From NCBI RefSeq assembly GCF_009914755.1, contig NC_060925.1: 64,000 nucleotides of DNA. One strand, 5' to 3'. The stretch is from the human T2T-CHM13v2.0 reference genome, Homo sapiens. Position 1 is the stretch's first letter. The number at the start of each line of letters is the position of its first letter. Under the pieces are notes generated by a model. That model saw only the letters and a list, made by a program, of their open reading frames with translations, did no database searches and was not told the origin of the DNA. Position numbers and translations under genes: made by a program. Shown here piece after piece: positions 60,351 through 64,000 of the stretch.

Positions 60351-60965
60351 ATGGAATCGTCATCGAATGAATTGACTGCAATCATCGAATGGTCTCGAAT
60401 GTAATCACATTCTAATGGAAAGGAATGGAATCATCGCATAGAATCGAATGGAATTAACATTGAATGGACTCGAATGGAATCAACATCAAACGGAATCAAG
60501 CGGAATTATCGAATGGAATCGAAGAGAATCATCGAATGGTCTCGAATGGAATCATCTTCTAATGGAAAGGAATGGAATCATCGCATAGAATCGAATGGAA
60601 TTAACATTGAATGGACTCGAATGGAATCAACATCAAATGGAATCAAGCGGAATTATCGAATGAAATCGAAGAGAATCATCGAATGGACTCGAATGGAATC
60701 ATCTAATGGAATGGAATAGAATAATCCACGGACTCGAATGCAATCATCATCGTATAGAATCGAATGGAATCATCGAATGGACACGAATGGAATAATCATT
60801 GAACGGAAGCGAATGGAATCATCATCGGATGGAAACGAATGGAATCATCATCGAATGGAAATGAAAGGAGTCATCATCTAATGGAATTGCATGGAATCAT
60901 CATAAAATGGAATCGAATGGAATCAAAATCAAATGGAATCAAATGGAATCATTGAACGGAATTGA
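60351..60965 (+). repeat. Second 615-bp C-type subrepeat with the same 147-bp duplication
   Basis: TTAACATTG at 60454 and 60601, GTAATCACATTC at 60401, CGTATAGAATC at 60751. Offset from the first copy is 49,380 bp. Confidence 0.88.
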
Positions 60966-63900
60966 ATGGAATCGTCATCGAATGAATTGACTGCAATCAT
61001 CGAATGGTCTCGAATGGAATCATCTTCAAATGGAATGGAATGGAATCATCGCATAGAATCGAATGGAATTATCATCGAATGGAATCGAATGGAATCAACA
61101 TCAAACGGAAAAAAACGGAATTATCGAATGGAATCGAAGAGAATCATCGAATGGACCCGAATGGAATCATCTAATGGAATGGAATGGAATAATCCATGGA
61201 CTCGAATGCAATCATCATCGAATGGAATCGAATGGAATCATCGAATGGACTCGAATGGAATAATCATTGAACGGAATCGAATGGAATCATCATCGGATGG
61301 AAATGAATGGAATCATCATCGAATGGAATCGAATAGAATTATGGAATGAAATCCAGTGTGATCATCATCGAATGGACCCGAATGGAATAATCATCCAACG
61401 GAAGCTAATGGAATCAACATCGAATGAATCGAATGGAAACACCATCGAATTGAAACGAATGGAATTATCATGAAATTGAAATGGATGGACTCATCATCGG
61501 ATGGATTCGAATGGAATCATCGAATAAAATTGATTGAAATCATCATCCAATGGAATCGAATGGTATCATTGAATGGAATCGAATGGAATCATCATCAGAT
61601 GGAAATGAATGGAATCGTCATAGAATGGAATCGAATGGATTCATTGAATGGAATCAGATGGAATCATCGAATGGACTGGAATGGAATCATTGAATGGACT
61701 CGAAAGGGATCATGATTGAATGGAATTGAATGGAATCATCGAATGGTCTCGATTGGAATCATTATCAAATGGAATCGAATGGAATCACCGAATAGAATCG
61801 AATGGAACAATCATCGAATGGACTCAAATGGAATTATCCTCCAATGGAATCGAATGGAATTATCGAATGCAATCGAATGGAATTATCGAATGCAATCGAA
61901 TAGAATCATCGAATGGACTCGAATGGAATCATCGAATGGAATGGAATGGAACAGTCAATGAACTCGAATGGAATCATCATTGAATGGAATCGAATGGAAT
62001 CATCGAGTGGAATCGAATGGAATTATGATCAAATGCAATCGAATGTAATCCTCATCAAATGGAATCAAAAATAACCATCATCAATTGGTATTGAATGGAA
62101 TTGTCATCAAATGGAATTCAAAGGAATCATCATCAAATGGAACCGAATGGAATCCTCATTGAATGGAAATGAAAGGGGTCATCATCTAATGGAATCGCAT
62201 GGAATCATCATCAAATGGAATCGAATGGAATCATCATCAAATGGAATCTAATGGAATCATTGAACAGAATTGAATGGAATCGTCATCGAATGAATTGAAT
62301 GCAATCATCGAATGGTCTCGAATGGAATCATCTTCTAATGGAAAGGAATGGAATCATCGCATAGAATCGAATGGAATTATCATCGAATGGAATCGAATGG
62401 TATCAACACCAAACGGAAAAAAACGGAATTATCGAATGGAATCGAAGAGAACCTTCGAACGGACCCGAATGGAATCATCTAATGGAATGGAATGGAATAA
62501 TCCATGGACTCGAATGCAATCATCATCGAATGGAATCGAATGGAATCATCGAATGGACTCGAATGGAATAATCATTGAACGGAATCGAATGGAATCATCA
62601 TCGGATGGAAACGAATGGAATCATCATCGAATGGAAATGAAAGGTGTCATCATCTAATGGAATTGCATGGAATCATCATAAAATGGAATCGAATGGAATC
62701 AACATCAAATGGAATCAAATGGAATCATTGAACGGAATTGAATGGAATCATCATCGAATGAATTGACTGCAATCATCGAATGGTCTCGAATGGAATCATC
62801 TTCAAATGGAATGGAATGGAATCATCGCATAGAATCGAATGGAATTATCATCGAATGGAATCGAATGGAATCAACATCAAACGGAAAAAAACAGAATTAT
62901 CGTATGGAATCGAAGAGAATCATCGAATGGACCCGAATGGAATCATCTAATGGAATGGAATGGAATAATCCATGGACTCGAATGCAGTCATCATCGAATG
63001 GAATCGAATGGAATCATCGAATGGACTCGAATGGAATAATCATTGAACGGAATCGAATGGAATCATCATCTGATGGAAATGAATGGAATCATCATCGAAT
63101 GGAATCGAATAGAATTATGGAATGAAATCCAGTGTGATCATCATCGAATGGACCCGAATGGAATCATCATCCAACGGAAGCTAATGGAATCAACATCGAA
63201 TGAATCGAATGGAAACACCATCGAATTGAAACGAATGCAATTATCATGAAATTGAAATGGATGGACTCATCATCGAATGGATTCGAATGGAATCATCGAA
63301 TAAAATTGATTGAAATCATCATCCAATGCAATCGAATGGTATCATTGAATGGAATCGAATGGAATCATCATCAGATGGAAATGAATGGAATCGTCATAGA
63401 ATGGAATCGAATGGATTCATTGAATGGAATCAGATGAAATCATCGAATGGACTGGAATGGAATCATTGAATGGACTCGAAAGGGATCATTATTGAATGGA
63501 ATTGAATGGAATCATCGAATGGTCTCGATTGGAATCATTATCAAATGGAATCGAATGGAATCACCGAATAGAATCGAATGGAACAATCATCGAATGGACT
63601 CAAATGGAATTATCCTCCAATGGAATGGAATGGAATTATCGAATGCAATCGAATGGAATTATCGAATGCAATCGAATAGAATCATCGAATGGACTCGAAT
63701 GGAATCATCGAATGGAATGGAATGGAACAGTCAATGAACTCGAATGGAATCATCATTGAATGGAATCGAATGGAATCATCGAGTGGAATCGAATGGAATT
63801 ATGATCAAATGGAATCGAATGTAATCATCATCAAATGGAATCAAAAATAACCATCATCAATTGGTATTGAATGGAATTGTCATCAAATGGAATTCAAAGG

Positions 63901-64000
63901 AATCATCATCAAATGGAACCGAATGGAATCCTCATTGAATGGAAATGAAAGGGGTCATCATCTAATGGAATCGCATGGAATCATCATCAAATGGAATCGA

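Larger units (their letters stand above)
1..64000 (+). repeat. Satellite II (HSat2/HSATII) tandem array, 1.77-kb-unit type, most likely human 1q12 pericentromeric heterochromatin (HSat2A2/D1Z1-like)
   Basis: Seen: continuous degenerate GAATGGAATC(ATC)n motif rich in TCGA, with no unique sequence or inversion. Landmarks recur every 1,776 bp (e.g. ATGAAATTGAAATGGATGG at 16577, 18353, 20129, 21905). Established: the reverse complement is the CATTCGATTC/CATTC motif of HSat2, and a 1.77-kb EcoRI unit characterises the chr1 array. The chromosome assignment is inference. Confidence 0.97.

Noticed and set aside
215-63759. Hundreds of + strand ORFs of 60-212 aa (MESSSN..., MKLKWMD..., MELNGII...)
   Set aside because: They are translations of the pentamer repeat (MEWNG-like), overlap in several frames, are broken by random stops and frameshifts, and show no recognisable domain.
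1-64000. Absence of minus-strand ORFs as a sign of coding-strand selection
   Set aside because: Abundant TCA/TCATCA on the + strand gives TGA stops in all minus frames, so the effect is compositional.
1-64000. CRISPR-like repeat-spacer array or other novel defence/mobile system
   Set aside because: There are no unique spacers, leader, cas-like genes, terminal repeats or target-site duplications; all intervening sequence is itself satellite.
1-64000. HSat3, alpha satellite or telomeric repeat identity
   Set aside because: Pure (GGAAT)n runs are short (about 3 copies) and ATC-triplet/TCGA motifs dominate, which indicates HSat2. I saw no 171-bp monomer or TTAGGG tracts.
1-64000. Inversions or embedded Alu/L1 insertions
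   Set aside because: I saw no CATTC-strand segment, poly(A) tail or non-satellite sequence while reading through.

Overview
The whole 64-kb window is one uninterrupted, single-orientation array of classical satellite II (HSat2/HSATII), shown on the GAATG/GGAAT strand. It is built from degenerate GAATG/GAATC pentamers with ATC triplets and has a dominant 1,776-bp unit carrying one EcoRI site. That unit size matches the known 1.77-kb chromosome 1q12 HSat2 repeat (pUC1.77/D1Z1, HSat2A2); species and chromosome are inferred, not proven. I see no genes, RNA genes, transposons or CRISPR arrays, and the ORFs are read-through of the repeat. I found no new biological system. The information is in the layered structure: 23/26-bp microrepeats, a 468-bp internal subrepeat in 1-3 copies, variant units of 595, 837, 1,308, 2,243 and 2,391 bp, 3,084-bp and 3,548-bp dimers, a near-perfect 18,587-bp tandem duplication, older long-range haplotype matches at offsets of 21,302, 41,341 and 49,380 bp, and a sub-family transition near 12-14.6 kb. 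Offsets come from the ORF track plus by-eye checks, not from an alignment.
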